Under the pieces are notes generated by a model that had not been told where the DNA came from, searched no databases, and worked only from the letters and a program-made list of their open reading frames with translations. This document shows positions 33,601 to 41,000 of a DNA stretch of 64,000 bases, one piece after another (the stretch's first letter is position 1; each line of letters begins with the position of its first letter). The position numbers and the translations under genes were made by a program. Where the stretch lies: contig CALWHN010000001.1 of assembly GCA_944380415.1 (NCBI GenBank), positions 1,201-65,200 on the forward strand, given 5' to 3'. This DNA comes from an uncultured Clostridia bacterium. GTDB lineage: Bacteria > Bacillota > Clostridia > Christensenellales > UBA1242.

Positions 33601-36600
33601 TCAATTTAACAAACAAGGGAGCAAATTCAAGTTATATAACAATCTTCGGCGGCCTTGTTGGCGAGGTGGAAACGTTGACAATTTCCGGAAACTCAAGTTT
33701 CACGGGAACAATAACAATTGACGGAAACGCAGGAACTTTCTATGGCGGCGGAATTGTTGGAAGCGCAACTGGAACAACAAGCGGCGGAATTGTTGGAAGC
33801 GCAACTGGAACAACAAATAGCCTAAACATTGGGAACCAAGAAGGTGTTAACAACGACATTGTTTCAAACGCAACAATCAACTTTAACAACACTGCATCCG
33901 GCTCAACCTACTATGTTGGCGGAGTTCTTGGAACGGGAACAACTGATTCAACAGATTCAACTGATACTGTTTACACAATTTCAAACTCAACAAATAATGG
34001 AAACATATCATTTAATGGTGTTGAAGTTAATGGCAATGTTTCGTTCGAGGGCGCAAACATAACAGTTGGCGGAATTGCAGGAGCAAACATCAAAAACGGA
34101 AAATTGAGCAACAATAAGTCCTATGGAGATATAACAATTGGAAACCTGGAGGTTGAAACAACAATAAGTTCTTCAACCAACTCAACAACAATTGTTGCCG
34201 GGGGAATTGCCGGAGGAATGACTAATGGCGGAACCGTTTCGGGCAACTGGGTTGGAGGAGACATAATAATTGTTGGAAGTTCAACAGAAAATTCTCCTTT
34301 GACAGGTTTAACCTTTACCGCTGGCGGAGTTGTTGGGTCAATGACTGGAACTGGAGAAATCTCCAACAACTACGCTTGGGGAAACATTGAGCTTAGCAAA
34401 AATGCGGACCTGTTTGATGGAACTGATTACGCAATTGCGGTGCTTAACGTTGGCGGAATTGCTGGTTCTTTCGCGTCAGGAACCTTCAAGGGAAACAACA
34501 GCCTAACTTCAATTTACATTGTTCAAAGGGCGCAAACACACAACGTTTATGCAATGATTGGAGATAAAGGAGATAAAGATGGTGAAGATATTACAGCCAC
34601 CGAAAATTCAAAACAAACTAACTATTACACCCACCAAATAACCTTAACAACGGAGCTTACTAATATTGCAACAAATGTCTATTACAGGCGCGGCTCTGGA
34701 ATGTTAAGCAAGTTTAATGATGTTATAAACAATGAAAAGCTTCCAGCTGATCAAAAGGAAGCAGGCTCTAAACTAAGTCCAACAACTTGGACTGGCGGGA
34801 ATTTAGAAGAAGGCAAATATTACGTCATGACTTCAAGTGTAAGTATTTCCTCAAGCGTAGCAACGTTAAACGGCCACCTTGTTGGAGATGGTTACATAAT
34901 TAATTCAAGCGCAACGCCTTTCACAAGTGTAAACGGCTATGTTTCTGGAATTTTGTTTGGAATTGCTTCGACAAGCGAAGGAACTGGCGCCGGCGGAAGA
35001 GTTTCTGGCTCAACTGACAGCCTTCCAAACGGCGTTGCAACAACAAACAATGGAATAATCTTCGCGGTAAACGTTTCTGCAACCGGTTATTATAACGGTT
35101 CTCTAACCCAGGGAAACGTTAGATATTCAATCCTTTCTGGAATTGCAAACACAAACAACGGTTTAATTTCAGACAGCGGCGTTGTTCTAAACGTTAAAGA
35201 TGCATATGCGGGAATTTCTGCTTCAAACGGCGGAGTTATTGCAAACACATATGTAACCGGCGCGGTTCATGAGGGCGCTAATTGGAGTTTTGCCGGCGGA
35301 AGCGACGGCGGAATTTACAACAGCTATGCCGCAATTAAAGTTCAAAGCGCGGTTGAAAGCATATACCAAACAAGCGGTTTAATTGTTGAAGGCGAAAAAG
35401 TTGAAAACTTCTTCTATGACAGATTTGCAACGGAAACAGCAAGCGTTGCCGATTCAGAGGAAGAAAAAACAACAGACGATATGTCAACGGTTGATGGAAC
35501 GGAAACCGATATTCTGGAAAATGACGACGCTAAAAAGCTTCTTGGCGAAAACTGGACCCAAAGCACTTCCTACAACTTTGGCTATCCATACCTCGGCGGC
35601 GGGGCGTATGTCGAATTTGGTTACATGGCAACATGTATTGGAGATGTGACCTTTTCTCAAACCGGCGTTGTTGACGGAACTGTTAGTGGATCAACGGGAG
35701 ATTATGATGTATATCGTTTCACAATAGCTGGGCAAAATATATATATTGCTTATAGGTCCTTATGGGGAAGGAATTACTATTATAGCTTAACAAAACCTTC
35801 AGGAAGCATTACAACCATGACCCGGTTGAGTGGCAACACATTAACTTTGGAAATAAATGGAAAAACTTATGTAATCGCTCTTTCAAGAAGATTACCTAGT
35901 GGAACAATTTCATGTACTGTTACTTATGGAGAAAATTTTTCAAGCAACTCTTATGTTCCAAACCCAGGAAAGTTGGCTCAGATGCTTGCAAACAATAAAA
36001 ACATAATTCTCCTTACGGATATTGATATCAGCAAATTGGACGGAGAAAAATCCGGAACTCTTGCTAACTTTAATAGCTCAACTTGGACAGGCCAAGATTA
36101 CAGCGCAACATTGGATGGAAACAACTATCAAATCTTCAACCTTCCAAACACAACTGGCGGCTTTGTAAAAGAACTTACCGGAACAATTCAAAACGTTGCG
36201 ATTAATTATGCTTCAGGGACGAATGTTACCGGGGCAAACGTTGGAGGTTTTGACCGTGCAGGAGGAGTTGCTGCGGTTAATAGAGGAACAATTGATAACG
36301 TAAGTTCTTCCGGGGCAACAGTTTCTGCAACCAATGACGCCGGCGGTTTAGTTGGATATAACAGCGGGGTCATAACCGAAACCGGAAGTATAAGCAGTTC
36401 CGGAAGCATAACCCACTCCGCGAACTATAACATTGTTTCTGGAGATAATAATGCGGGGGGAATTGTTGGCTTTGTTGACAACGGCACCTCAACAATTTCA
36501 AATAATTCAAACTATGGAACTGTTGAAGGGACACGTGTTGGCGGAATTGCGGGAGAATTGGGGGCAGATTCAACTGCAGGTATTTCATATGGCTATAACT

Positions 36601-37922
36601 ATGGGGCTATCACTGGAAGTTCTGGAGCCGGAGATCAAGCAGCCGGCGGAATTGTTGGATTAATTAGCAATTCATCATCTAATGTGGAGAATTCTTATAA
36701 CTCTGCTTCTGTTGGAGGAACCGTCAACGCAGGAGGAATAGTTGGACTGGTTGCTAAAAAAGCAGGAACAAAGCCATTTGGTGAGAATAAATATTATATA
36801 TTGACTGAGGTTAATAGTTCAGGTGTGTACTCGTTAGGTAATAGCGAGCATTGGGATGATTGGGAGCATCCGGAGGCAAACAAAACAATGAATGGAATTG
36901 ATCCTTCGGCAACAAATGGGAACAGAGGTGATTCAACTGTTTTTTCAGATTTAGAAAATAGATATAAAGATGGAAATTATAGTCTTGTTTTTAGAGTTTA
37001 TATTGAAGGCAATAATACTATAGAAGCAATGTCTATAAATGGTTATTATAATGGTTACTATACTGATGATGATTATGTCAAAGCTTCATTTTCGGATGAT
37101 GGCACCTGTACTCTAAAAGCCATATTTGGAAATTATTACGTCGAGTTCTCATGCCGGAGATCGAATAATAAGAGGTGGCTTCATGATTTCGACATAACAA
37201 TAACTGATGTTACCAGCAATGTAAATATTTTCGATAATATAAATGAAGGCGCGGTTTCTGTTAGTGGAGACAATTCCTATGCAGGCGGAATTGTTGGAAG
37301 AACCATGCAAAATGTTTCTGTTTCTACTTCTAAAAATTCCGGGAATGTTGAAAACTCTGCCACAAATGGAACCAATTTTGCCGGCGGAATTGTTGGAGGA
37401 TCATACCCAGGCGGAGCTTCAAATGTTGGAAAAGTTGAAAACTGCTTGAATACTGGAGCGATAACCGCTAATGGCGGAGAAGGTTGGGCGCACGGAATAG
37501 GCAACGATCTTGCAACAATTTCGGACAGTAGAAACGATGGGGCGATTTCAGGCAGTTCTGGGGCGACAGATGGAGATAGTGGCACATTAGATGAGGACCG
37601 TCTACCAAGTTTCCAATCTTCAAACAACTGGTCATCACATGTTGACGAAGCTGTTTCTGGCGGGAGCATGGGAAAAGGTGATTATTACTATGACTCTACA
37701 AACAAGACATATTATGTTTACACTGGGCTAGGCCTTGCATATGTCGCTAATGAGGAAGGTTCAGTTGACTCAGAAGCGAAAGTTAACCTCATGAACAACA
37801 TAGATTTAAGCGATTATAATGTTGTTTATGGTATCTTTATTATTAATCTAGCGATAATAATGCAGCATACAACTCTAAACGATTATATAATTATACAGGA
37901 ACCTATTAATAGTCTTTTCTAA
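18558..37922 (+). CDS. Giant surface lipoprotein (6454 aa) with Ig-like segments and multiple GLUG-type repeat modules
   Basis: A single uninterrupted 19.4-kb ORF. GGGAGGAAAC precedes ATG 18558. The signal peptide MKKFLGIVSCLVLILVAGVTFAAC has a lipobox Cys at residue 24. Big_2-like strands are present (RGTATITATS..., VGTGSATITITP). There are dozens of GG[ILV][VA]G...N.G.I motifs (for example NVGGIVGVNDTTGKIVGYNF and AGGIVGFVDNGTSTISNNSNYG), which are characteristic of the GLUG motif family. Confidence 0.85.
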   Translation: MKKFLGIVSCLVLILVAGVTFAACGSSSPNITISSNVTELEIVLGSGEETKTVEFNVEGYGNGSGQLTFSVEEQELNTISCTPTYQGNGRTTLTITGKNRGTATITATSMQGSVSYVITVKVVQPITGLNQADEFKDKLYVISGSSLNLSQEKIWNYSPSNTNQRDLVFSFVGESQGCRIEDGNLVVDQDCGLSSVTIRAESAFNSSVYCEIPVTILSPIEVVAQTNGKTIVESVTDPNSQVSNFFEIFPRETEYQNSLTVTLIISAGNEKQALNVEAVFSSGEEKFAAPQTGYYFDRASQTHRYTFLIQANSQDAGKIDSLTFRVSYSGYAAGESDYSSDSIALNVSSYNKALQVDVNGQTGRVEIDVFESSINLVDGEILEISLLPGNLKQDQNYIILWAEDFENLPISLYKLDSTRRNYICVFGYDQNGNAVGSVENGIRYAKIQSGTKLYAFINNNYEGLTGTNKQSTIYAQAVEFWNSEISANERAFTSIDFVINPNAKDIFLAQPNDQGVLEADKDNKTIFIELGETEIAYIAVDPSTFTIGANSVVTIANESLAEIGELVEHAVSEDYVFARFEIVANKVGSTTLTVTLSDGKQVDFNLVVISPLEELEMGLESVVVGETEIGSDIVPYRHLPDTTVIVGETTPFIALNKLSISNNGGAGIRLTKNATPETAQYYLGYHYYDYTFENGQDIKNITLEDIDVENIDFNTTSSIINTSLLANQTIIEAVNSSTEGAVLVRISVYAMGADGEYGDQPVGYFYYLIDFFIPTSGLTLSSGTLELYTYDTIGDKFLVNDVSASIGEISVTVNPVNQGLTPTYINNLKIYVNGNSVNIMEHFTNDVLYLYFDGSIASSRNNAALEIVRSFENNTFTFRFQALRREANYIFAMVLSEVDESKTFTALGRIIAKEAVEITDIEMINANEESPIYIENVFLTQDDFESEEAYLEYINDIIDNPYQLELIYNLYSSNGNEITNPSLEFEIDFNLISGEREYYTDINGNKVNYIQIIQENGKTYVRVERAAWDYSSYYALSEEEREQTSLEAHKVLVQFGANATISVYPTSNYYNSYNGWNGEEPIVYIPITVADGKTSETSLQLWDLDDLDLLRLYPAANFTIMANISMIQESSGSVSGVYQDYIPVEEFYGTLRGDPNFADGGSMPLIISISPLFKKIASDAVVENFSYIVTEAYSSEDIVIDNTKNVSMVNGETYLGGLANVNEGTIRNVAAIGEYMEDTSDLSTLSMFSGAQLYMSGQRVPASQIILLVGINSTYDNNALLVEMISQMDIRAGELVRYTGLLVGLNRGTIEITDTSTVDGIGAMAVFGANVGGIVGVNDTTGKIVGYNFYGNALGTESAGGIAALNRGEIKNCNVLNGGASLYGINVFVLGDNVYSYASEQDIDIQFASGGIVAISEGGIIQGCSAEFGTGTNPPDSSVGEGGIFEQLIEPELGSSVWGKRVAQAGTYTIKQQAEYDFNVSGRNSGSVITGTLEFFALSGGQFGGFENVVIQIPELSADSPSHYFEANGRNYRIYADYETNINYVYITIYDVTGEETTLRTINVYRNKGSQNIDGKFETLNSVDLVISSSPIYSGGLVGILSETKLSQSFFDGTLGVRDTNGGGLIGLLNESGQTEPLVENCYAVLGYNNSYVDRLSNSGYILRQGLFICSGSLNEIKYCYVSSNNSGFNPSYNGDGQATGSFHSAIRNSNLTSIFDILDYNDEFLGYDIEEWRDKTFVDLVNQYNYIEGSMNVTLGNSILSANSQIVGDRLYGSFELNVSLNNTDYGNGTLSLMLYKNGSQIETKTIEFRNFSAVGDSSIEYTFDDLGIKVVLTPEYLSSTSSRGINFVAMDVSSGETLYQSKISAWESTSTNNGVTNRTLRSSGNFGFRTVETTINHDGQSQVVSQNLYTYPSNSQSYEIYRFTYNGRIYTVNLSDSGSQSYNLEIKYLPYETATYGTTVLRKWVNVENSITQGQIQFTDSITVSANLNLFPDSINEQLNQNFTFTATFDGEEFVSEEQYELLPVFGGHTSYLVLEINSSGIMSLMVKTYKESSGGAYIDTLCSPSLENGSVVVNYGEDTKAFLELAEQGEILYSKISMEGMTTAFGPISLLYMKGFYLYLYDNYEILVADGTWEGVSYGDISGITGAEIKELICQLFGISSAQTDSEIKAQIKEIIDEKVIAPFNNSLNSIKTDLAALQTELNDFISELEGLLTAAGYESSEYSELLEKINSYSALISQANTAVSGISSISSGEDVKNLLLNAIEPVREGITGAYYDFIMFMESNGNKLEEYINNNFSSEEEVMEAMSGIYSFMIALEYDRYDIIEEDGGMTNELISGLAKLYAFDASAGYDTIPVDIDGFIDAGWDIANKGEESESIWIFEEGKLPYFRQNEETQRIYDFEIEVNPNKNQNSMINKDNSSVVLFYYDVADKSLLTNTQLAQLANKNTIAIDDFVRIFNINGNLDSIGNFEQFIFQSSNRSVVRIINGQVQIVGTGSATITITPMYGPSLGEVPSYSINVYVIYPFGETNIYNGISAETGTNSSNNPINVEEGEESEPITIIKGDVNYITIKTESNIALENTVYNFLTNSIALDVSITHQGENGTEVDYVSGGEDNKFNISGLAGQDANKFIEGTLGITVNEDVSEDTTFTFLVNILLQSGSQPFPNSSPYFISQVNNILSGLFNEYFNFKVSVRAERLLLSIKEAEIDPSTIISVDTELHTNRDEDRVKVMIKDEAGNIVWASESVVEDSDGNIRFVTAEDYENGTLISGLVYVFEKGATSSIFEVNGAGLWEDNSTNYNGNITIANGVLSGNVLISVREDARKTIDTTKTYTVVLTDSNEDVSNSFNFVLKPQQIVNVTYTHHNRTDDSTESGIKIQDEPSSVLVPGDNGILTIGLYPTYGSYSRIVLESQIIDNNYYVLMEQMYKSGDFYLSTSTTVGYNSERDVNRLTIYKPSDSNLNTGYIYVRTRILESVNQGLYFPITITIYDKDENGEEYVVKSETITLVSQVIDGAEITIDGEKDATVVRGYTYPIQISVEESQSLADYNLVDFDTTGDADDSVTVYFNRSEYEIVDGRKIYNGTVSIGLDAELNGDGVFKIETIVQKIVNGRIESTTDSIELRVVDFLIESVQIKGNAEGDNVFNTPAAIEKDLSFEFILTETPEIFSASQEDSIDRINNAKEEFLKSLSYKQYVTNKDKIYQYIVNTDRIFGVNREYNNGDKSQPSHISTSQMSVVYDLFYSGDLTALVNGTKVQENEYFSFAYDGDSNGTSGLGARTIRVIGKRMGAINLTLRIGYQLPGVAEVQYFNYNFTINVQMYSDEDKPTPIETEEQFIEYLSSTSDQYGETNFILMNDLVLENFVPFTTTNFASLDGNNKVITIKSFDLSNQPGSLNIGLFQTVSEGSTLKNLVVNYNETEGIFVDESLYSSVNFGGIAVTNNGVIYNCEVVSIDMSSNNMVTDDGGIEIYFSQTNKDAPKLDSTTVQIAGLVVTNSATGSITNSRVGGKGSFTKVVYNEGTGASEINYDYSRINLIGQGNMAGFVITNNGTISASYFANGFITNKTISGAQCATAGFAITNTLSSTITGCYAEGFRLSSDGLDQFITGGGITSQGVAAGFIYENAGTISDCYSNIKLAGDSTGRLVSGFVYSNATTGTIARCYSASTIVGELTTQMPFTGKDARENSLQLNPEGIINSYYLVKRYDTETVLEEKYNTGATALQASTLNSSTFYGFAMAWEDDENNGIWIWNETYKYPELVSANQVAISVRRVIENYSSLITGGTSTESLDIFPYIQGYEYGSVINPIIIRTADEFNRVFGQETNLVENAYYAISQMYDKDLGIVFGSYRLVSSVNFEELTTIENIRISSSIMNLAQNNSYFGTFDGNGLVIRNVEIALDSQSSVGLFSMITSGGVFKNATITVVTVAGGQRSVYAGAVAGLVQNSSVSNVTVQPVTTSGDNRSRVSGQNIVGGVVGAVVGNSKVSNLVSNISVVSGNANGLTDAQYYYENILRSSSIIQNGVIIDQNSNYSFAGGVIGVLDIYQDINDNMVTFSDPNAIRLQYAGQNISIQGGFVGGVVGFVGPSTYLADASFVLTGQQDQLNQRLITYGNTIGGVVGVNYGELYELKIEHSTELQLAIEDNMEGYYNSASTSIFRGNSRLFNSTTSSLVAIGGLVGQMMDGELTVSYSKVDVSASASSYSGGVIGINNASTDFYEIYSFGDVSGKKAGGLIGLNNAEITLDKCVAFTYYSKENAGLNEIINVAQDFNSGNLTFAGANITTGEPYSGRLQFTTGSNKTILVEFAAQPQSQNANASYLTINIDAANIIKQWDINGYNFYTYSNGTNEYGLIRERLYNSDFTYGYYYTNQENNKVTVLWETEDGQFYFSTGSEPDLNADGVAPIEFSGSQSYVSFTNINYVDLTVTDAEDKDDYDTVDSLTSTGNDKVVTYASFEMTQLQITEIQLKKLTIGAILGENSGNVLITNASQASVYGNLEFDYNGFTIKLWNSGLVNSGATNNLLGLTVNLSNYQGYEIDGQTINKMFFGSEWRPNLWELRDGFIFPTFNYEISSNTLYIEKPLDLLKLNNYNKADNVVIFGDDPATVFNPYDYEAGNVSTYGEFTAAELVGLSKGQNGELIYDISVIRGNLSVNYSDYYFSSFMGTMYGESDETPVLTNIDKALFNLIYGGEISNLVFDNDVSRETTSMGAVLANSIEGQTTLENLIFQNITIETQREQIGVIANNMANVFDISNVEIRNVTITSTNTSRDANLSIGAIAGANTPASGTVSASITLSNVSVSNLTIEAQTNALSTSVGGLFGKVGYGTTYENVNVSEIKINVGLGESKNSTNQIFAGGFVGDASGTTATFGSNTVESGGAYTLAQEIVIKLGKAAVTYAGGIFGYIDSINTNNGELTIKDINISSVTENDDSETISSMIVGGFAGHVSTSGNLTNVEIDFGKDTEGENEEIKTTNGSIVLNTDVFDSTSSIPSSVGGVFGEATSGTLSNVSVSNVEINLTNKGANSSYITIFGGLVGEVETLTISGNSSFTGTITIDGNAGTFYGGGIVGSATGTTSGGIVGSATGTTNSLNIGNQEGVNNDIVSNATINFNNTASGSTYYVGGVLGTGTTDSTDSTDTVYTISNSTNNGNISFNGVEVNGNVSFEGANITVGGIAGANIKNGKLSNNKSYGDITIGNLEVETTISSSTNSTTIVAGGIAGGMTNGGTVSGNWVGGDIIIVGSSTENSPLTGLTFTAGGVVGSMTGTGEISNNYAWGNIELSKNADLFDGTDYAIAVLNVGGIAGSFASGTFKGNNSLTSIYIVQRAQTHNVYAMIGDKGDKDGEDITATENSKQTNYYTHQITLTTELTNIATNVYYRRGSGMLSKFNDVINNEKLPADQKEAGSKLSPTTWTGGNLEEGKYYVMTSSVSISSSVATLNGHLVGDGYIINSSATPFTSVNGYVSGILFGIASTSEGTGAGGRVSGSTDSLPNGVATTNNGIIFAVNVSATGYYNGSLTQGNVRYSILSGIANTNNGLISDSGVVLNVKDAYAGISASNGGVIANTYVTGAVHEGANWSFAGGSDGGIYNSYAAIKVQSAVESIYQTSGLIVEGEKVENFFYDRFATETASVADSEEEKTTDDMSTVDGTETDILENDDAKKLLGENWTQSTSYNFGYPYLGGGAYVEFGYMATCIGDVTFSQTGVVDGTVSGSTGDYDVYRFTIAGQNIYIAYRSLWGRNYYYSLTKPSGSITTMTRLSGNTLTLEINGKTYVIALSRRLPSGTISCTVTYGENFSSNSYVPNPGKLAQMLANNKNIILLTDIDISKLDGEKSGTLANFNSSTWTGQDYSATLDGNNYQIFNLPNTTGGFVKELTGTIQNVAINYASGTNVTGANVGGFDRAGGVAAVNRGTIDNVSSSGATVSATNDAGGLVGYNSGVITETGSISSSGSITHSANYNIVSGDNNAGGIVGFVDNGTSTISNNSNYGTVEGTRVGGIAGELGADSTAGISYGYNYGAITGSSGAGDQAAGGIVGLISNSSSNVENSYNSASVGGTVNAGGIVGLVAKKAGTKPFGENKYYILTEVNSSGVYSLGNSEHWDDWEHPEANKTMNGIDPSATNGNRGDSTVFSDLENRYKDGNYSLVFRVYIEGNNTIEAMSINGYYNGYYTDDDYVKASFSDDGTCTLKAIFGNYYVEFSCRRSNNKRWLHDFDITITDVTSNVNIFDNINEGAVSVSGDNSYAGGIVGRTMQNVSVSTSKNSGNVENSATNGTNFAGGIVGGSYPGGASNVGKVENCLNTGAITANGGEGWAHGIGNDLATISDSRNDGAISGSSGATDGDSGTLDEDRLPSFQSSNNWSSHVDEAVSGGSMGKGDYYYDSTNKTYYVYTGLGLAYVANEEGSVDSEAKVNLMNNIDLSDYNVVYGIFIINLAIIMQHTTLNDYIIIQEPINSLF
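33745..33816 (+). repeat. Perfect 36-bp in-frame tandem duplication (2 copies) inside giant gene 1
   Basis: The unit gcggcggaattgttggaagcgcaactggaacaacaa occurs at 33745-33780 and again at 33781-33816. It encodes GGIVGSATGTTS GGIVGSATGTTN. Confidence 0.9.
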
Positions 37923-37939
37923 AAAAAAGGAAAACGAAC

Positions 37940-38011
37940 ATGAAGAAGAAAATTTTTAGTTTGGTTTTGTTGATTTTAGTTGCGGTTTGCGGCGGGGTTT
38001 TTGTTGCCTGC
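37940..38011 (+). other. Lipoprotein signal peptide of giant protein 2
   Basis: MKKK, a hydrophobic core, then FVA|C. The Cys codon is at 38009-38011, residue 24, the same position as in gene 1. Confidence 0.65.
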
Positions 38012-41000
38012 GGCGTTAGCGGAGACAACGCTTCAATTAGCCTTGTTTCCGGGCTTGACAGGCTTTCTTCCGCCGAAACCCTTTCTTCAATTTCAAACGA
38101 GCTGTTTTTAACGGAAACCGAAAGCGGAAACCTTTCTTCGGGAACGGGCTATGACGGAAGCGTTTCTTCAACAAACGCGTTAACTCTTGTTGTTGGAAGC
38201 GAAACAAACGCTTCAAGGCAAGTTACTGTTGACCTTTCGGGCTTTCCAGACGGAACAACGGCAACTTTCTCCTCGGACGCAAAAAACATTTCAATTTCAG
38301 AAGTTTCCTACAGCGGATCGCGCGCAACAGTTACCATAACAGCAACAAGTTCCGGAACGGCGGAGGTTTATGTTCAATCGGGCCAGTTTGGAAAGACGAC
38401 GAGCTTTGTTGTTAAAGCTGTTGAAAAATTGGAGAGTTTTTCCGTTAAAACTGGCGCAACAATTTATTTAGAGCGCGGAAAAACGCTTGAAATTAACCCA
38501 GAGAGCTATTTAAACTTCTATCCTTCTGCTGCGTTGAAGGACGTTCTGTTCTATGACGGAGATGTTCTTTTAACAAGCGATGGAAAAACTGTTTTGTCAA
38601 CAGAAGCGGGAGAGGGAGTTACGGGCGTAATTTCCGAGAGCAAGGAAATTGTTGTTAGGTCAACGCGCCTTTCTGGAAGCGCAAGCGTTCAAACAATTTC
38701 AGTTGTTGTTGTTGAAAACCTTTCTTCGCTTTCCTTAAACAAGATGGTTTATGAGAAAACTGGCGCGGGCTACCAAAAGACATATCAATCTCTTGAAAAC
38801 GGCGGAATTTTAACGGTTATTAGAAACGTTTCAAACGGGGATATAAACTACGGCGTTAGAGAAATCTTTGTTGTTGTTGACTGTTTTGAAGAAAACCTTT
38901 CAATTTCTGCCTCAACAAACCTTGAAGGGGCAAACGTTTTAATTGTTCCAACGGCAATTGAGCAAATTACTCAAGAAGATTACCGAGATTCACAATATTC
39001 AAGCCTTGTTGACACTTCGCGCGAAGAGTTTTCAACCTGGGTTTTCAAATTTGAAATTAAATATGAGGGATATTCAAGCTATCAAATAACCTTCAATTTC
39101 CAAGCGGAAGGCTATCAATATTTCGAAAGTCTCTCTGTTAACGCAGAGTTTAGAAGCGCGTCCAATGTTGTTGAACTTATTCGCGCCGGAAGCGAAGAGC
39201 AAGAGGACGTTTACACGATTTATGATAGCTATGTTGGCCAAAGCGGAACAAGGTTTGTTATTTCAACCAACCAAAGCGACGAATTTTCTCGCGCAAACCT
39301 AAGCTTGATTTTTGGAAGCGATTCTGTTTCCAACTTTGTTCTCTATGACATGGTTGGCAACATCAAGCAAAACGACAACGGAGAATATTCCTTCTCAAGC
39401 GGCGAAAACTTCTTTGTTAGGGCGGTCACCGGAAGCGCGCGAACGGAGCCATATGTTATTACGGCAAAAATTTCCTACACATTTGAAAACGTTGATTTTG
39501 TTGTTGAAAGAGAAATTTCCCTTCTTTCTGTCAATGCACCAAACGACATAATGCTTTCGGACGGAAAGGGCAGCCTTGAAAGCTATAATTTCGACCTGAA
39601 CACCTCCGGGCAAATTGTTTCCGGAATTAACCAAACGGAAAACTATTCTCAAAGGAACACGTTGACGCTTTATGTTAGCGGACTTGTTGGCGCGGCGCTA
39701 ATTGGCGACATTACAGATTTTGCAATTACCAACACATCCGGAATTTTACAGGCAACAAAGGAGGGAAACACAATTGTTCTAACCGCTCTTTCAACCGGCT
39801 CTGGCGAGATTACGGTTACAATTGGAAACGGAGTTTCAAAAGTTTTCAGATTTAATATTGTCAGCAGCGTTGGCGAAGCTTCTGCCTTCATTCCATCTTC
39901 CGACCAAAACCAAAACATTATTGCGCTTTTAACGAACTATGAAAGCGCGGGAAATGTTTATGACCAATATGCAATTGTTAAAAATTCTTCTTCAATTCCG
40001 CTAATTTTGGACTATGTTGGAAACATAGACAGCATTTCTGTTGTCAGCGCGGACGGAAACACAACCTACTTAAACGGCCTTTTAACATTTGTTAACACCT
40101 TCGACAAACAAGAGATTACAGTTAGCATAACCTTTGATTATATTGGCTCAAACGGAGAAATTGAAGAAAGAACGGTTTTAATTCAAAGAATTTTGTTCAC
40201 TTCAATTATTGAGGTTGAAGCCTTTGATCTTTCAACAGATAAAGGCTCTAACACCTTCAATCTCTATGACTATTCAACCGTTGGCTACTATTCAAGCAGC
40301 CTTGCAACGGCCTATGTAACTCTTAACATTCTTCCTTCTGAAATCCAACTGGACATCTTGCAAAACGTTCAGTGGGAAACCAACATTGAAGGTGCAAGCG
40401 TTGTTAGAGAAGACGACCAGATTAGAATTGTTTCAAGTGCATTTGAATTTACATTCTATCTTAGCGGAGCAAACGCTGGAACGGGAGTTTTTGTTTGCAA
40501 CGTGACAGACGAAAGCCTTTATGACCAAAACGGAAACTTTGTTCCGGGAAGGATCATTCTTTCTGCAAGCTATTCGCGCGCAGGGGAGGGAGATGACGAG
40601 GCCGGAGTTTTCTTCCAAACTCTTCAAATTGGCGTTAGACGCGCAAGGCGCGTTGAGGTTATTGACGCCTCTCAATCTTCAATCAACCTAGATCCATACA
40701 CAAGTTCAGTTAAGATTAATGTTGAGGCCTTCCCAATAAACGCAACAAATTTAAGGTTAAACTATGTTTTCATTCCGAACAGCGGAACAATTTCCGCAGA
40801 CACGGTTGAAATTACATATTCAGACAATGAGGCAACGATTACATTAAAGAAATTTGACGTTGCAGGAAACGCAACTCTTAGAATTATTGCTTATGACAGC
40901 TATACAACAGCCGGGTCTTTCACAACTTACCTCGACATTCCAATTAACATTGCAAACGGAAGCGAACAAAATCCATATGTCATTTCAACTGCAAGCGACA

